This document shows positions 37,163-46,890 of a DNA stretch of 64,000 bases, piece by piece. Position numbers and translations under genes: made by a program. The notes under the pieces are model-generated. The model did no database searches. It was not told the origin of the DNA and was given only the letters and a program-made list of their open reading frames with translations. This stretch comes from Spirochaetia bacterium (GTDB taxonomy: Bacteria > Spirochaetota > Spirochaetia > WRBN01): positions 26,317 to 90,316 of the forward strand of contig JBOFFX010000018.1 in NCBI GenBank assembly GCA_051648825.1, given 5' to 3'. Position 1 is the first letter of the stretch. Every line of letters starts with the position of its first letter.

Positions 37163-39706
37163 TTAGATATTTAATTCTCTCTTCACAATCTTACGCACCT
37201 CATCTTCTGTACTTGCACGCAATGCACGTAGAGAAACTTCCTTGAGCTGCTTCATTGTATAATTGCGAATTGCCGCCTTTACCTCTGGTAAAGTCTCAGC
37301 AGCAGAAGCCAGCTCTGTGACACCTAAGCCTACAAAGAGCAATGCTGTGACAGGGTCACTTGCTGCCGCACCACATACCGCTACGGGCTTGCTGAATTTT
37401 TGGGCACCCACACACAAATGATGAATCATAGTCAGTACTGCAGGATTTGCTGCACTCGCCAAAGGTGCCAAACGAGAATTCTCGCGATCCATCGCCATCG
37501 TATACTGCGTGAGATCATTTGTGCCCACAGAAAAAAAGTCCACATGAGGGGCAAATTGCTCTGATAGCACACAAACAGCAGGGGTTTCTGCCATAATTCC
37601 TACTTGAGGACTTTGCCTGATGCCTAATTTTTGTTTTTCTTCGGCTATAATTTTACTCATCAAATGCACTTCGCTCACCAAAGAAATCATTGGCGTCATA
37701 ATCCGTAGTCGATCCAAATCCTTGCACCTGAGCAGGGCACGAATCTGCGTACGATAAATCTCTTCGTTGTCTTCAATAATACGCATACCACGAATACCCA
37801 ACTGCGGGTTGTTTTCCTTTGGAATCTTGACATAAGCCAGCGGTTTGTCTCCGCCTGCATCTAGTAATCGCACAGTGACCATGTGTGTGGTTGCATCCAA
37901 AAGTCCCTGATATAAATCGCGCTGTTCATCTTCGGTGGGAGCAGTCTTTTTGCCATAAAACAAAAATTCACTACGCGCCAAACCATATCCTTCTCCCCCA
38001 CGCTCTGTTGCCTCTTTTGCCTCTTTGATACTTGAGACATTGCCAGTAACTTCAATACGATAGCCGTCTTTTGTTTCACCTCGCTTTCCTGCAGCAGAAA
38101 GTGCCAAAGCCTTACGCTGTTCCATCTCTAAAATTTTATGCTGATAGTCTGTACGCTCTTGACTGTTTGCGTTGATAATACAGGTTCCAGAATCTGTGTC
38201 TAAAATAGCCACAACGCCTGCAGGTGCCATCATCAATTCATCTGGAGCCTTAAAGAAGGAGGGGATGCCCCTATTTCTGAGCATAATAGAGGCATGAGAC
38301 GTGGGAGATCCCACTACACTGATCACGCCCTTTATGCGCTTATCAAACCCCGTCACATCACTGGGGGTTAACTCGTAGATAACCACAACACAGCTTTCTG
38401 GATACTCTGGGGCTGGCACTTTGCCCAGTAACAAATCTAGGATACGATTATTAATATCCCGCATATCCGCTGCACGCTCTGCCATATAAGCATTACCACT
38501 TTGTGCAAAAATTTCGGCCTGCTCTCGCGTCACGCTATTCCACGCAAAGGAGGCACTCTTTCCTGACTCAATCACCTTCATAGAGAGCGTCTCTAATTCT
38601 GGATCCATCAAAAAGGCTTTGTGTGCCTCTAAAATCTCGGCGCTCTCATTGTCAACACCCTTCATCTCTGCATCCAAATCTTTGAGTGCTTGTTCCAGTG
38701 CCTTCTTAAGTGATTTTTTCTCTACATCTACACCCGCACCATTGGCAGAAATATTGCGCTCCGCTTCCTTGAGTACATAAATCTCGCCCATATTGATGCC
38801 TGGGCTAGAGACAGGCAAAGCGAGCCTACTTTCTCCAGAAAAATCTAGCTTAAAAAGCGGTGATGGCGCGGGGGCCTTTTCCGTCTGTCCTGCACTCTTT
38901 GCCGATGAGGCAGCTGGCGATGGCACAGAAGAAGCACCTACGTCTTCCCCTAATCCATCCAAGACCGCTTGGTTTAAATCCTTAATAGCCTGTGCATCTG
39001 AAGAAATAAATCTCACCCGTGCACCATGGGGAAGCCCCAAGCTCATGATGCCCGTAGAGCTTTTTGCCCCTACAGTTTTTCCTCCTTCTTGCTCCAAAGA
39101 AACAGACGCAGAAAAAGCCATCGCCTTTTTTGCCAATGTAGCGGAGGGTCGTGCATGCAAGCCGTGTGGGTTTGGAATAACAATCCAATCCCCCTCTATC
39201 ATCTGTGTCTGTGCATCACCACCACAATTGCACCCACATGATTCACTCGTTGATTCTGTCAAATTAAAAACAACATCTCCACGCTTAACATCGCCAGATG
39301 TTCCAAGACTCACAATAGCATCAGGACGATTCGCCAAAACAACAATCACCATAGATGCGGGAGCATTTTTTCGTACAAAGTCAAAATCGACCTTTAAAAT
39401 CTTATCTCCCAATCCTACTTTGCGCCCCACTTTGGCTAAGACCTTAAAGCCCTTGCCCTTGAGCGCAACAGTTTCCACCCCCACATGCGTGAGAACATCT
39501 ACACCCTCTTCTGTCTCTATGATAAACGCATGTCCATTTGCATTTATGTTTTTAATGACACCACTTACAGGTGCATAAATAAAATCCTTTTTTTCTTCAT
39601 TACTCTCTACGGCAAATCCATCGCCGAGCATTTTTTCAGAGAAAACTGGATCTGGCACATCCTTTATTGCTATCAACTTACCATTTACTGGTGCACACAA
39701 AATCAT
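37163..39706 (-). CDS. PTS multiphosphoryl transfer protein: EIIA(Glc)-HPr-Enzyme I fusion
   Basis: 847 aa. The N-terminal EIIA-Glc domain has DPVFSEKMLGDG, GHAF and THVGVETV. The HPr domain has the His site NPHGLHARPSA. Enzyme I has the His site GSPTSHASIMLRNRGIP and a PEP-utilising C-terminal TIM barrel. Confidence 0.9.
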   Translation of the reverse strand: MILCAPVNGKLIAIKDVPDPVFSEKMLGDGFAVESNEEKKDFIYAPVSGVIKNINANGHAFIIETEEGVDVLTHVGVETVALKGKGFKVLAKVGRKVGLGDKILKVDFDFVRKNAPASMVIVVLANRPDAIVSLGTSGDVKRGDVVFNLTESTSESCGCNCGGDAQTQMIEGDWIVIPNPHGLHARPSATLAKKAMAFSASVSLEQEGGKTVGAKSSTGIMSLGLPHGARVRFISSDAQAIKDLNQAVLDGLGEDVGASSVPSPAASSAKSAGQTEKAPAPSPLFKLDFSGESRLALPVSSPGINMGEIYVLKEAERNISANGAGVDVEKKSLKKALEQALKDLDAEMKGVDNESAEILEAHKAFLMDPELETLSMKVIESGKSASFAWNSVTREQAEIFAQSGNAYMAERAADMRDINNRILDLLLGKVPAPEYPESCVVVIYELTPSDVTGFDKRIKGVISVVGSPTSHASIMLRNRGIPSFFKAPDELMMAPAGVVAILDTDSGTCIINANSQERTDYQHKILEMEQRKALALSAAGKRGETKDGYRIEVTGNVSSIKEAKEATERGGEGYGLARSEFLFYGKKTAPTEDEQRDLYQGLLDATTHMVTVRLLDAGGDKPLAYVKIPKENNPQLGIRGMRIIEDNEEIYRTQIRALLRCKDLDRLRIMTPMISLVSEVHLMSKIIAEEKQKLGIRQSPQVGIMAETPAVCVLSEQFAPHVDFFSVGTNDLTQYTMAMDRENSRLAPLASAANPAVLTMIHHLCVGAQKFSKPVAVCGAAASDPVTALLFVGLGVTELASAAETLPEVKAAIRNYTMKQLKEVSLRALRASTEDEVRKIVKRELNI

Positions 39707-39760
39707 CTTTCATCTCCCCCCTCACCCTGGAACCCCGTCATGATAAAATTCCCTAGAGAC

Positions 39761-39790
39761 ATAGTATATGCTTTTTTTCAAGCCTAGCAA
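39761..39790 (-). promoter_or_regulatory. putative sigma70-type promoter of the PTS genes
   Basis: On the minus strand: TTGCTA (39785-39790), an 18-nt spacer, then TACTAT (39761-39766), about 55 nt upstream of the ATG at 39706, which carries a GGGGGGAG RBS. Confidence 0.3.
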
Positions 39791-39874
39791 GCATTTTTAT
39801 ATAAATTTTATTGGCGTTTTACCCCTAATGCTTTAGGTCAATCCCCAACATCCTGAATATCCGCCATTTTTGTT

Positions 39875-40813
39875 CTAATTTTGAGAAATCCACGTTCCCC
39901 CTCCACCCTCCATTGCAAGCTTCATTTGTGCCAAAGATGTAATTAATGCCCTTCTTTTTGGGTCACTACTTGCAAAATTGACTGCCGCCTGCACCTTGGG
40001 CAACATACTGCCTGGAGCAAATTGTTTTTCCTCGATATACCGTTGTGCATCCCCAATGCTCAATTGAGCCAAATCGCGCTGTTGCGGTTTGTTGTAATTG
40101 ATTGCCACTTGATCTACGGCCGTCAGAATGGCTAGCACATCAAAATTTAGGTTTTCTGCCAATAATGCACTCGCAAAATCCTTATCTATGACTGCTGCTA
40201 CCCCCCTGACATTCTGTGCCTCTTTGACCACAGGGATCCCGCCTCCGCCACAAGCTATGACGACACAGCCAGCTTGGATCAATGATTGAATAGCCGGCAT
40301 CTCTTGTATCATTTGCGGACGGGGGGAAGCCACTACTCTGCGCCACCCCCTTCCTGCATCTTCCTTAAAAATCATACTTGCATCCACACTCTTGAGTGCA
40401 TCTACTTCTGCTACAGAATAAAAAACACCCACAGGCTTGGTTGGATTTAAAAATGCCGAGTCTTCTGAATCAACTACGACCTGCGTCAATAAAGTCACTA
40501 CAGGCTTTTCAATGCCTCGCTGAGATAATTCGCTCTGCATAGCCTGTTGAATCTGATATCCAATTGCACCTTGCGTCATTGCACCACACACATCTAGAGG
40601 CAAAACTGGGGTCTGTGCCTTTGCTGCCTCATTTTGCAATAAAATTCGCCCCACCTGTGGCCCATTTCCATGGCTAATTACGAGTTCGTGGCCTGCCTCT
40701 ATCATATCTGCCAAATGGGTTGCCGCCACCCTGATCACCTTTAGTTGATTTTCTGCAGTAGGAACGGCACCATCTTCTAGTGCATTGCCCCCCAGTGCTA
40801 CAAGTATTTTCAT
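39875..40813 (-). CDS. arcC: carbamate kinase
   Basis: 312 aa with the N-terminus MKILVALGGNAL, the HGNGPQVG block and a GGGGIPV block, all typical of carbamate kinase. Confidence 0.92.
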   Translation of the reverse strand: MKILVALGGNALEDGAVPTAENQLKVIRVAATHLADMIEAGHELVISHGNGPQVGRILLQNEAAKAQTPVLPLDVCGAMTQGAIGYQIQQAMQSELSQRGIEKPVVTLLTQVVVDSEDSAFLNPTKPVGVFYSVAEVDALKSVDASMIFKEDAGRGWRRVVASPRPQMIQEMPAIQSLIQAGCVVIACGGGGIPVVKEAQNVRGVAAVIDKDFASALLAENLNFDVLAILTAVDQVAINYNKPQQRDLAQLSIGDAQRYIEEKQFAPGSMLPKVQAAVNFASSDPKRRALITSLAQMKLAMEGGGGTWISQN

Positions 40814-40837
40814 GCTATCAATTCCTCTTTTCTTGCA

Positions 40838-42325
40838 TTACCCAAATACTGCCGCAAGCCAAATAATGCCTGCATTAAGTAATACCAACATCCCTAAAAG
40901 TTTTCCAGAAAATTTGAGCCACCGATCAAAGGACACGCGTGAAATTGCTAACGCCCCAATCACCACACCAGACGTAGGTGTCATCATGTTAACAATGCCT
41001 GAAGCCGCCTGAAATCCCGTAATAACCGCATGCTTTGGTACATTGGCAAAGTCTGAAAGAGGTCCCATAATCGACATCGTCGCTGCCGCCAACCCAGAAG
41101 TAGAAGGAATGAGCAAAGACAGCGGAATATACATAATGAATGAAAAAACTGCAAATGCCCCCTTAGACATGCCTGCAAGCTTTGATTCAAACCATGCCAA
41201 AATCGTCGCAGTAATTTGTCCATCATTCATCACGACCTGAATACCCCTCGCCACAACCACGACAAATGCTACAGATAGCAAGCTCGCTGCTCCAGAAATA
41301 AAGCTCTTAATTAAATCATCCTCTGAAAGTCCATAATAGACACCAATAAGAATCGCCATAATCAAAAATAACCCAGTAATCTCAACAAAATACCAATCAC
41401 CAAAGGGCAACATATTTTGCCCCAAGAAACTTCCAATAAAAGGTATTTGTTTCAAGGCCTCTGCGCTAGACTCAAAAAAGGTAAACCCAGGAATAATGCT
41501 ACCCCAAGGCACTAATGAAACAATCATGAGCGTAAAGGTGAGAACAAATAACCCTAGGACAACCGTTTGCTTGTTCGTGATTTGTACCAAATTTGTAGGA
41601 ATCTTAAATGCATGTTTATTTTCTTCCATCTGATCGGCCACAAGTGATGACTGAGGGTTGGCCTTGACTCGCATTGCATAGCGATAGACATAAAAAATTG
41701 CTAGCCCCACACTGCCCACCAAGGATAACAGTCTCCAAATAATGCCTTCACCAAGACCAATGCCCACTGCCTGTGATGCTACGCCCGTAGCAAAGGGATT
41801 GACCGTAGACCCCAGAACTCCCGTTCCTGCGCCGAGCATCACTACAGCGAGTGCTGTCATTGTGTCAAACCCCGCGGCCATCAAGATGGGAATGACCAAT
41901 GGATAAAAGGCTATCGTCTCCTCGGCCATCCCATAAGTGGATCCACCAATGGCAAAGAGTACCATTAATATCCAAATAAGGCGCTTTTCTTTGCCCCGAC
42001 TATTTTTTACTAATGTAGAAATCCCGCTATTAATTGCACCCGTTTTTTCTACAATGCCTAAAAATCCACCAATTACCAAAATAAATAAAGCAATTTCAAT
42101 TGCGGGATCCGTCCCCTCTTTGCCCAGCATGCCATAAACAGGTGCCAAGATGACATCCCACAATCCCTGCGGACTTGATTCAACCTGAGTATAACTACCA
42201 GGAATAAAGCTCCCATCCTCATTTTTCTCAAATTCCCCAGAAGGAATTATCCAGGTTAACACCGCCATAAGGATAATCCCCAAAATTAATACCGAAAATG
42301 CTGAAGGCATTTTAAAAACTTTCAT
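40838..42325 (-). CDS. YfcC/DcuC-like anaerobic carrier family membrane protein; putative arginine/ornithine exchanger by context
   Basis: 495 aa polytopic membrane protein located between arcB and arcC. The family assignment is from overall sequence character and the substrate is inferred from context only. Confidence 0.6.
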   Translation of the reverse strand: MKVFKMPSAFSVLILGIILMAVLTWIIPSGEFEKNEDGSFIPGSYTQVESSPQGLWDVILAPVYGMLGKEGTDPAIEIALFILVIGGFLGIVEKTGAINSGISTLVKNSRGKEKRLIWILMVLFAIGGSTYGMAEETIAFYPLVIPILMAAGFDTMTALAVVMLGAGTGVLGSTVNPFATGVASQAVGIGLGEGIIWRLLSLVGSVGLAIFYVYRYAMRVKANPQSSLVADQMEENKHAFKIPTNLVQITNKQTVVLGLFVLTFTLMIVSLVPWGSIIPGFTFFESSAEALKQIPFIGSFLGQNMLPFGDWYFVEITGLFLIMAILIGVYYGLSEDDLIKSFISGAASLLSVAFVVVVARGIQVVMNDGQITATILAWFESKLAGMSKGAFAVFSFIMYIPLSLLIPSTSGLAAATMSIMGPLSDFANVPKHAVITGFQAASGIVNMMTPTSGVVIGALAISRVSFDRWLKFSGKLLGMLVLLNAGIIWLAAVFG

Positions 42326-42357
42326 AAAAAACTCCTTTACTATAACAACCTATATCA

Positions 42358-43350
42358 CTAGTCTCCCAGTGTCGCAACCATCACAGCTTTAATAGTATGC
42401 AGACGATTCTCTGCTTCATCAAAGACAACACTCGCCTCACTTTCAAAGACATCCTCTGTCACCTCTACGCCATTAAGGCCATATTTTTCATAAATCTTTT
42501 TTCCGATCGCCAAATCCAGGTTATGAAAAGCCGGCAAGCAATGCATAAAAATCGCCTTCTCAGCGGCCTTTTTCATTAATGCAGCATTTACTTGATAAGG
42601 CTTGAGCATCTCAATACGCTCATCCCACACACTCTCTGGCTCTCCCATAGAGACCCAGACATCTGTATAGACAACCTCTGCGCCCTTCACCCCTTGATCA
42701 ACGCTATCTGTGACAAGGATGCTGCCCCCACTCTTTTGGGCCAACTTTTCACACTCAGCCATAAGTGGAGCTTCTGGAAAAAGGGCCCTTGGTGCAACAA
42801 TGCGAAAATCTAGCCCCATAATAGCAGCCCCTTCCATCAAAGAATTTGCCATATTACTGCGACCATCTCCACAATAAGCCATCTTCACGCCCTTTAATCG
42901 ACCCAAATGCTCCTCTATCGTTAAAAAGTCTGCCAGAATCTGTGTGGGATGTGCAACATCAGTGAGCCCATTCCATACAGGCACACCAGAATATTTTGCC
43001 AAATCTTCTACTGCTTTTTGACTAAATCCACGATACTGAATCCCATCATACATGCGCCCCAAAACGCGCGCAGTATCTGCCACTGTTTCTTTTTCTCCAA
43101 TATGCGATCCACTGGGCCCCAAATAGGTCACATGCGCTCCCTGATCATAAGCCCCCACCTCAAATGCACAACGTGTCCTTGTGGAGTCTTTTTCAAAGAT
43201 GAGTGCAATATTCTTGCCCCTCATACGCTGCACTTCTGTGCCTGTATATTTGGACCTTTTTAGGTCGCGGGAAAGATCCAGTAAATACCGAATATCCTTT
43301 TTTGTAAAATCTAGTAGTCGCAAAAAACTGCGATTTCTCAAATTGTACAT
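42358..43350 (-). CDS. arcB: ornithine carbamoyltransferase (catabolic context)
   Basis: 330 aa with carbamoyl-phosphate site STRTR, HPTQ, the ornithine site DVWVSMG and HCLP. Confidence 0.93.
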   Translation of the reverse strand: MYNLRNRSFLRLLDFTKKDIRYLLDLSRDLKRSKYTGTEVQRMRGKNIALIFEKDSTRTRCAFEVGAYDQGAHVTYLGPSGSHIGEKETVADTARVLGRMYDGIQYRGFSQKAVEDLAKYSGVPVWNGLTDVAHPTQILADFLTIEEHLGRLKGVKMAYCGDGRSNMANSLMEGAAIMGLDFRIVAPRALFPEAPLMAECEKLAQKSGGSILVTDSVDQGVKGAEVVYTDVWVSMGEPESVWDERIEMLKPYQVNAALMKKAAEKAIFMHCLPAFHNLDLAIGKKIYEKYGLNGVEVTEDVFESEASVVFDEAENRLHTIKAVMVATLGD

Positions 43351-43403
43351 ACGCTATCCCTCCATTGCTTTCAAAACAACTGTTGTTTATCTTAAAGAAT
43401 TAT

Positions 43404-44630
43404 TTAGCACTGCTCGCGCGAAAGTGGCATAGACATACAACGCGGGCCACCCCTTCCTCGAGAAAGTTCACTCGAGGGAATGCGGTGCACCTTGATGCCA
43501 TGATCCTCTAGGAGCGCATTTGTCACATGATTGCGATCATACACAACCACTTCTCCAGGCGCAATGGCTAATGTGTTCGATCCATCATTCCACTGTTCCC
43601 TGTCTGAATCCACAGGATCCCCATTTCCACAAGAAATCAGGGTCGCCCTTCTCTCCAAAAGATTGGAAAGAAGCGTATCTAATCCCTCTACTTCTTCTCT
43701 GACTTTTAGTCCATAATCACCAGGGGCAGGCGTCAAAACAAATGCACGAATTGCCCGATCAAAATGAGAAAATATACTAAACTTATCATGGTCTACTTGT
43801 GTAAAGACCGTATCCAGATGCATAAACGCCCGCTCATCTGGAATATCGATCGCAACTACTTGCTTAAAAGTATTGCCGGGACTAGAAAAAAGATTGCGTG
43901 CTACATTTTCAATTGCTACAGCTTGTGTTCGTTGCGAAATACCAATCGCAAGAATATTCTCATTGATGACTAGCTGATCTCCCCCTTCCAAACTGCCTGC
44001 AAATGTCCGTTCGTGAAAACGTGGCACATTCTGCGCATACACAGGATGATATTTAAAAATATAATCTAACAATAATGTCTCTCTTTGACGCACACGCGTA
44101 TGCATTGAATTAATATTCACACCACGCCCAATAGCCGCAAAAGGATCACGCATAAATAACAAATTGGGCATAGGGTCTAAATAAAAAACCCTCTCCGCAA
44201 GAATATGATCCGAAAGCGTATGCTTCTGATATGCAGGAAATTCCCCTTTTCGCAGCCCCGCTATCACCTGGTCAACCATTTTTGCTGTAGGCATTTTTAA
44301 TAAAAAATCTTTGAGTGCATGCGCTAGGACTTTGCTAGAAATATTTGCCTCATGAATAAACTCGCCTACAAAGCTCTCCTTTACTCTTGGGTCTGAGAGT
44401 GCCTGGGCGAGAAGATTTTCAACATACAGAACTTCTGTGCCACTTTTCCTGAGTGTGTCTGCAAAGCAATCATGCTCTTCTTGTGCTTTTTTCAAATATG
44501 GGGTGTCATCAAAAAGCAACTCTCCCAACATCTTTGGCACCAAATTTTCTAGCTCACGCCCTGGGCGATGCAACAAGACCTTTTTTAATTTGCCAATCTC
44601 TGAATACACATGAATCAAATTTTCTCCCAT
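43404..44630 (-). CDS. arcA: arginine deiminase
   Basis: ATG at 44630 with GAGGGGG 6 nt upstream; the ORF-track start at 44636 is a TTG. The N-terminus is VYSEIGKLKKVLLHRPGRELENL and the C-terminal catalytic Cys block is GGPRCMSMPL. Confidence 0.93.
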   Translation of the reverse strand: MGENLIHVYSEIGKLKKVLLHRPGRELENLVPKMLGELLFDDTPYLKKAQEEHDCFADTLRKSGTEVLYVENLLAQALSDPRVKESFVGEFIHEANISSKVLAHALKDFLLKMPTAKMVDQVIAGLRKGEFPAYQKHTLSDHILAERVFYLDPMPNLLFMRDPFAAIGRGVNINSMHTRVRQRETLLLDYIFKYHPVYAQNVPRFHERTFAGSLEGGDQLVINENILAIGISQRTQAVAIENVARNLFSSPGNTFKQVVAIDIPDERAFMHLDTVFTQVDHDKFSIFSHFDRAIRAFVLTPAPGDYGLKVREEVEGLDTLLSNLLERRATLISCGNGDPVDSDREQWNDGSNTLAIAPGEVVVYDRNHVTNALLEDHGIKVHRIPSSELSRGRGGPRCMSMPLSREQC

Positions 44631-44809
44631 TTGCAACCCCCTCTTTAATTTTTAAAAAATCATACTGAGTTAAAATACTAATACCCCAGCACCCAAAGAC
44701 ACAATCTGTTTTAATAAATTACTCAATAAAAGTGACACAAATTTTTACTTATACTGCTATCATAAAATTATCTTTTGCATTTTGTACAAATCCCCCGATA
44801 CTTGAAGCC

Positions 44810-45448
44810 ATGAGATGCTCTTCATTTTTTCAAATAAATCGACTCTTTTCTGCCCTCATTTTTTTTACAGCACTCACCGCTTATGGCCAGTCGCTTGTAG
44901 AAGCAGACAAAATTTTTGCAAACAAGCGACAATACGATCTTGTCGTAGCGCCCCTAGATGACTACTTTTTTCAAAATTCTGCACTGGCCCCCAACTCTCC
45001 CCCGCCACAGGGGCTAAAAGAACGCCTATATCGCGCATTTTGGCAAATTGATGCACGTGGACTTTGGCTGACTCAGCTACAGGGACAAAGAGATAATCAA
45101 CCCCTGAGCCTCTCTCGCAAACTACCTATTTTTGCCGATTGGCATTCTGGCATCATTGTTGCTCCCACCGGCAAGGAGCTCTTTTTTGATCTTAGCGGCG
45201 AACCCACGGCCTTTACTCATTATCAAATCTGGCGCATAAAAAAGGGCACTGTATCTGGTGAAAAAATCCTAAACTATTCTCAATACCAAGAATTTAAACA
45301 GCGCCAATTTGACGTATTTAAGCAAACAGCCGCCTATCAAGATGTCATAGACTCATTAAAAGAAATCGGATTAACAGAAAGCCTTGATAACTATATTTTT
45401 GAAGAAAATTTAGGATTTTTGGGAACTGATATCGAAATTGACGCATGA
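44810..45448 (+). CDS. secreted hypothetical protein
   Basis: The ATG at 44810 gives the signal peptide MRCSSFFQINRLFSALIFFTALTAYGQS. I recognise no family. The ORF-track GTG start at 44732 adds a non-signal extension. Confidence 0.5.
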   Translation: MRCSSFFQINRLFSALIFFTALTAYGQSLVEADKIFANKRQYDLVVAPLDDYFFQNSALAPNSPPPQGLKERLYRAFWQIDARGLWLTQLQGQRDNQPLSLSRKLPIFADWHSGIIVAPTGKELFFDLSGEPTAFTHYQIWRIKKGTVSGEKILNYSQYQEFKQRQFDVFKQTAAYQDVIDSLKEIGLTESLDNYIFEENLGFLGTDIEIDA

Positions 45449-45491
45449 TATAGGCATTGTTTCACGTGAAACAATGCCTATATCATGCGTC
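45440..45491. repeat. perfect 52-bp palindrome (26-nt arms, no spacer) at a convergent gene junction
   Basis: gacgcatgatataggcattgtttcac|gtgaaacaatgcctatatcatgcgtc, checked base by base. It contains the TGA of the plus-strand gene (45446-45448) and the TAG of the minus-strand gene (45478-45480). Confidence 0.95.
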
Positions 45492-46890
45492 TGCTCATTA
45501 TGAGCCCTAAGCGCACATTATCTCTGCGATACGAGATGTTTTTTTCTTGAGAAACAAGCACTTTGCCTGGCTGTTTTTTTACTTTTTTCAAGTACTTTAC
45601 CTGCGTTAGATAAACATCTATCACCTTTTCCTCTTTGCCCTTGCTATAGTTTGCCGCTAGTTCACATGCCATCAGCATAATTTCTTGGGGCAAAACTGCG
45701 ATATTTTTTTTAACAATCACAAAGATGTATGCCCCGGAAAAATCGCGCACATGTAGCCACCAGTCTCTTCCGCGTGCAAATTTTCGCAAAAGCAACTCAT
45801 TCTCCCTGGCATTGCGCCCCACACAAAAAATATACTCCTCATAACGAAAAAAGAGTCCCTGTAGGGCAGCTGGCTTTGTGTGCTCTTTTTTCTGCCATTC
45901 TTTCTGCTTTAAAAATTCTAGATCACTTTGACGATCCCACAATGCCCCCAGCATATCTTCTTGGGCCGATATATCAATGAGGCGTTCTTGAATTGAATCT
46001 TTCTCTTTGTTTAATTTTTTCTTCTTTTCATAGTAGGCCTGTGCATTTTCTATACAGGTCTTCAGTGGATCAATCAAAACTATTTGTCTATCACCCTCAA
46101 AATCTACCACCTGCAAAGTTTTTGCCTGTACATCAATCCTATTTTCCAAAGAATCTGCTATCATCAGAAGGTCTGCAATCTTTTTTGCCTCTTCTGCGGA
46201 CTTTTGATTGTGCATCAACTTTTGCACAAGCTGGCCCCTCTTTAATAATATATCATCCCATTTTGACTGATGCCACTGCAAAAATTCATCCAACGCACTA
46301 TTACGGACATCATTTTCTTCTCTAAGAAAAAAATAAAGGCGATATAGGCGCTCTCCCAGGCTCCCCCTCCCTTCAATGACCCTGGGTTTAAAGTCTGCTA
46401 AAACAGGCCTTTTTTCAGGCATAACATAGGGTTGTCCAGAAAATTCTTGACTTTTGGGCCTACGATAAAATACGTCGACAATTTCCTGACTTTCATCACA
46501 CAAAAAAATATTGCTACGTGTGCCCCAAAGCCGTACATAAAGAAATTTTTTCTTTTCCAAATGTTTCACGTGAAACACAATAATACGTTCTTTTTCGTAT
46601 TGATAAACATCTTCTATATATCCACCCTGACACTGCGATCGTAATAGTTGTACAAATCTTAAATCTTTGTTTTTTAAGTTATGATTATCTACTGGAATAG
46701 GATAAAGGGCACTACTATACGCACAGAGATCAAAGAAAACGCGCATAACACTCTCGTCTTCTCGAAGAAATGTTAAAACCAAGCTTTTGAAGTCTGGCTG
46801 GATCACTTTTTTTAAAAAACTTCTCTTCAACTGTAATTCAGAGAGGACTTTGTCTATTTCTTCATAATTAAGCGGACCTATATCATTCAT
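45478..46890 (-). CDS. NFACT-family protein (RqcH/FbpA-like, with DUF814/NFACT-R domain)
   Basis: 470 aa with an NFACT-N-like N-terminus, a central coiled coil and the DUF814-type block GRNARENELLLRKFARGRDWWLHVRDFSGAYIFV. Confidence 0.7.
   Translation of the reverse strand: MNDIGPLNYEEIDKVLSELQLKRSFLKKVIQPDFKSLVLTFLREDESVMRVFFDLCAYSSALYPIPVDNHNLKNKDLRFVQLLRSQCQGGYIEDVYQYEKERIIVFHVKHLEKKKFLYVRLWGTRSNIFLCDESQEIVDVFYRRPKSQEFSGQPYVMPEKRPVLADFKPRVIEGRGSLGERLYRLYFFLREENDVRNSALDEFLQWHQSKWDDILLKRGQLVQKLMHNQKSAEEAKKIADLLMIADSLENRIDVQAKTLQVVDFEGDRQIVLIDPLKTCIENAQAYYEKKKKLNKEKDSIQERLIDISAQEDMLGALWDRQSDLEFLKQKEWQKKEHTKPAALQGLFFRYEEYIFCVGRNARENELLLRKFARGRDWWLHVRDFSGAYIFVIVKKNIAVLPQEIMLMACELAANYSKGKEEKVIDVYLTQVKYLKKVKKQPGKVLVSQEKNISYRRDNVRLGLIMSRRMI
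46562..46577. repeat. second copy of the 16-bp palindromic core tgtttcacgtgaaaca
   Basis: Identical to the central 16 bp of the 52-bp palindrome (45458-45473). It lies inside the NFACT-family CDS. Confidence 0.9.

Noticed and set aside
38793-39578. A 261-aa plus-strand ORF, and several other long ORFs in the track (e.g. 36018..36557, 36164..36526, 8140..8487, 11214..11594, 20602..21012, 59082..59480).
   Set aside because: All lie antisense to, or out of frame within, genes with strong family signatures. They have low-complexity or Pro/Ser/Cys-rich translations and no RBS, so I treat them as shadow ORFs.
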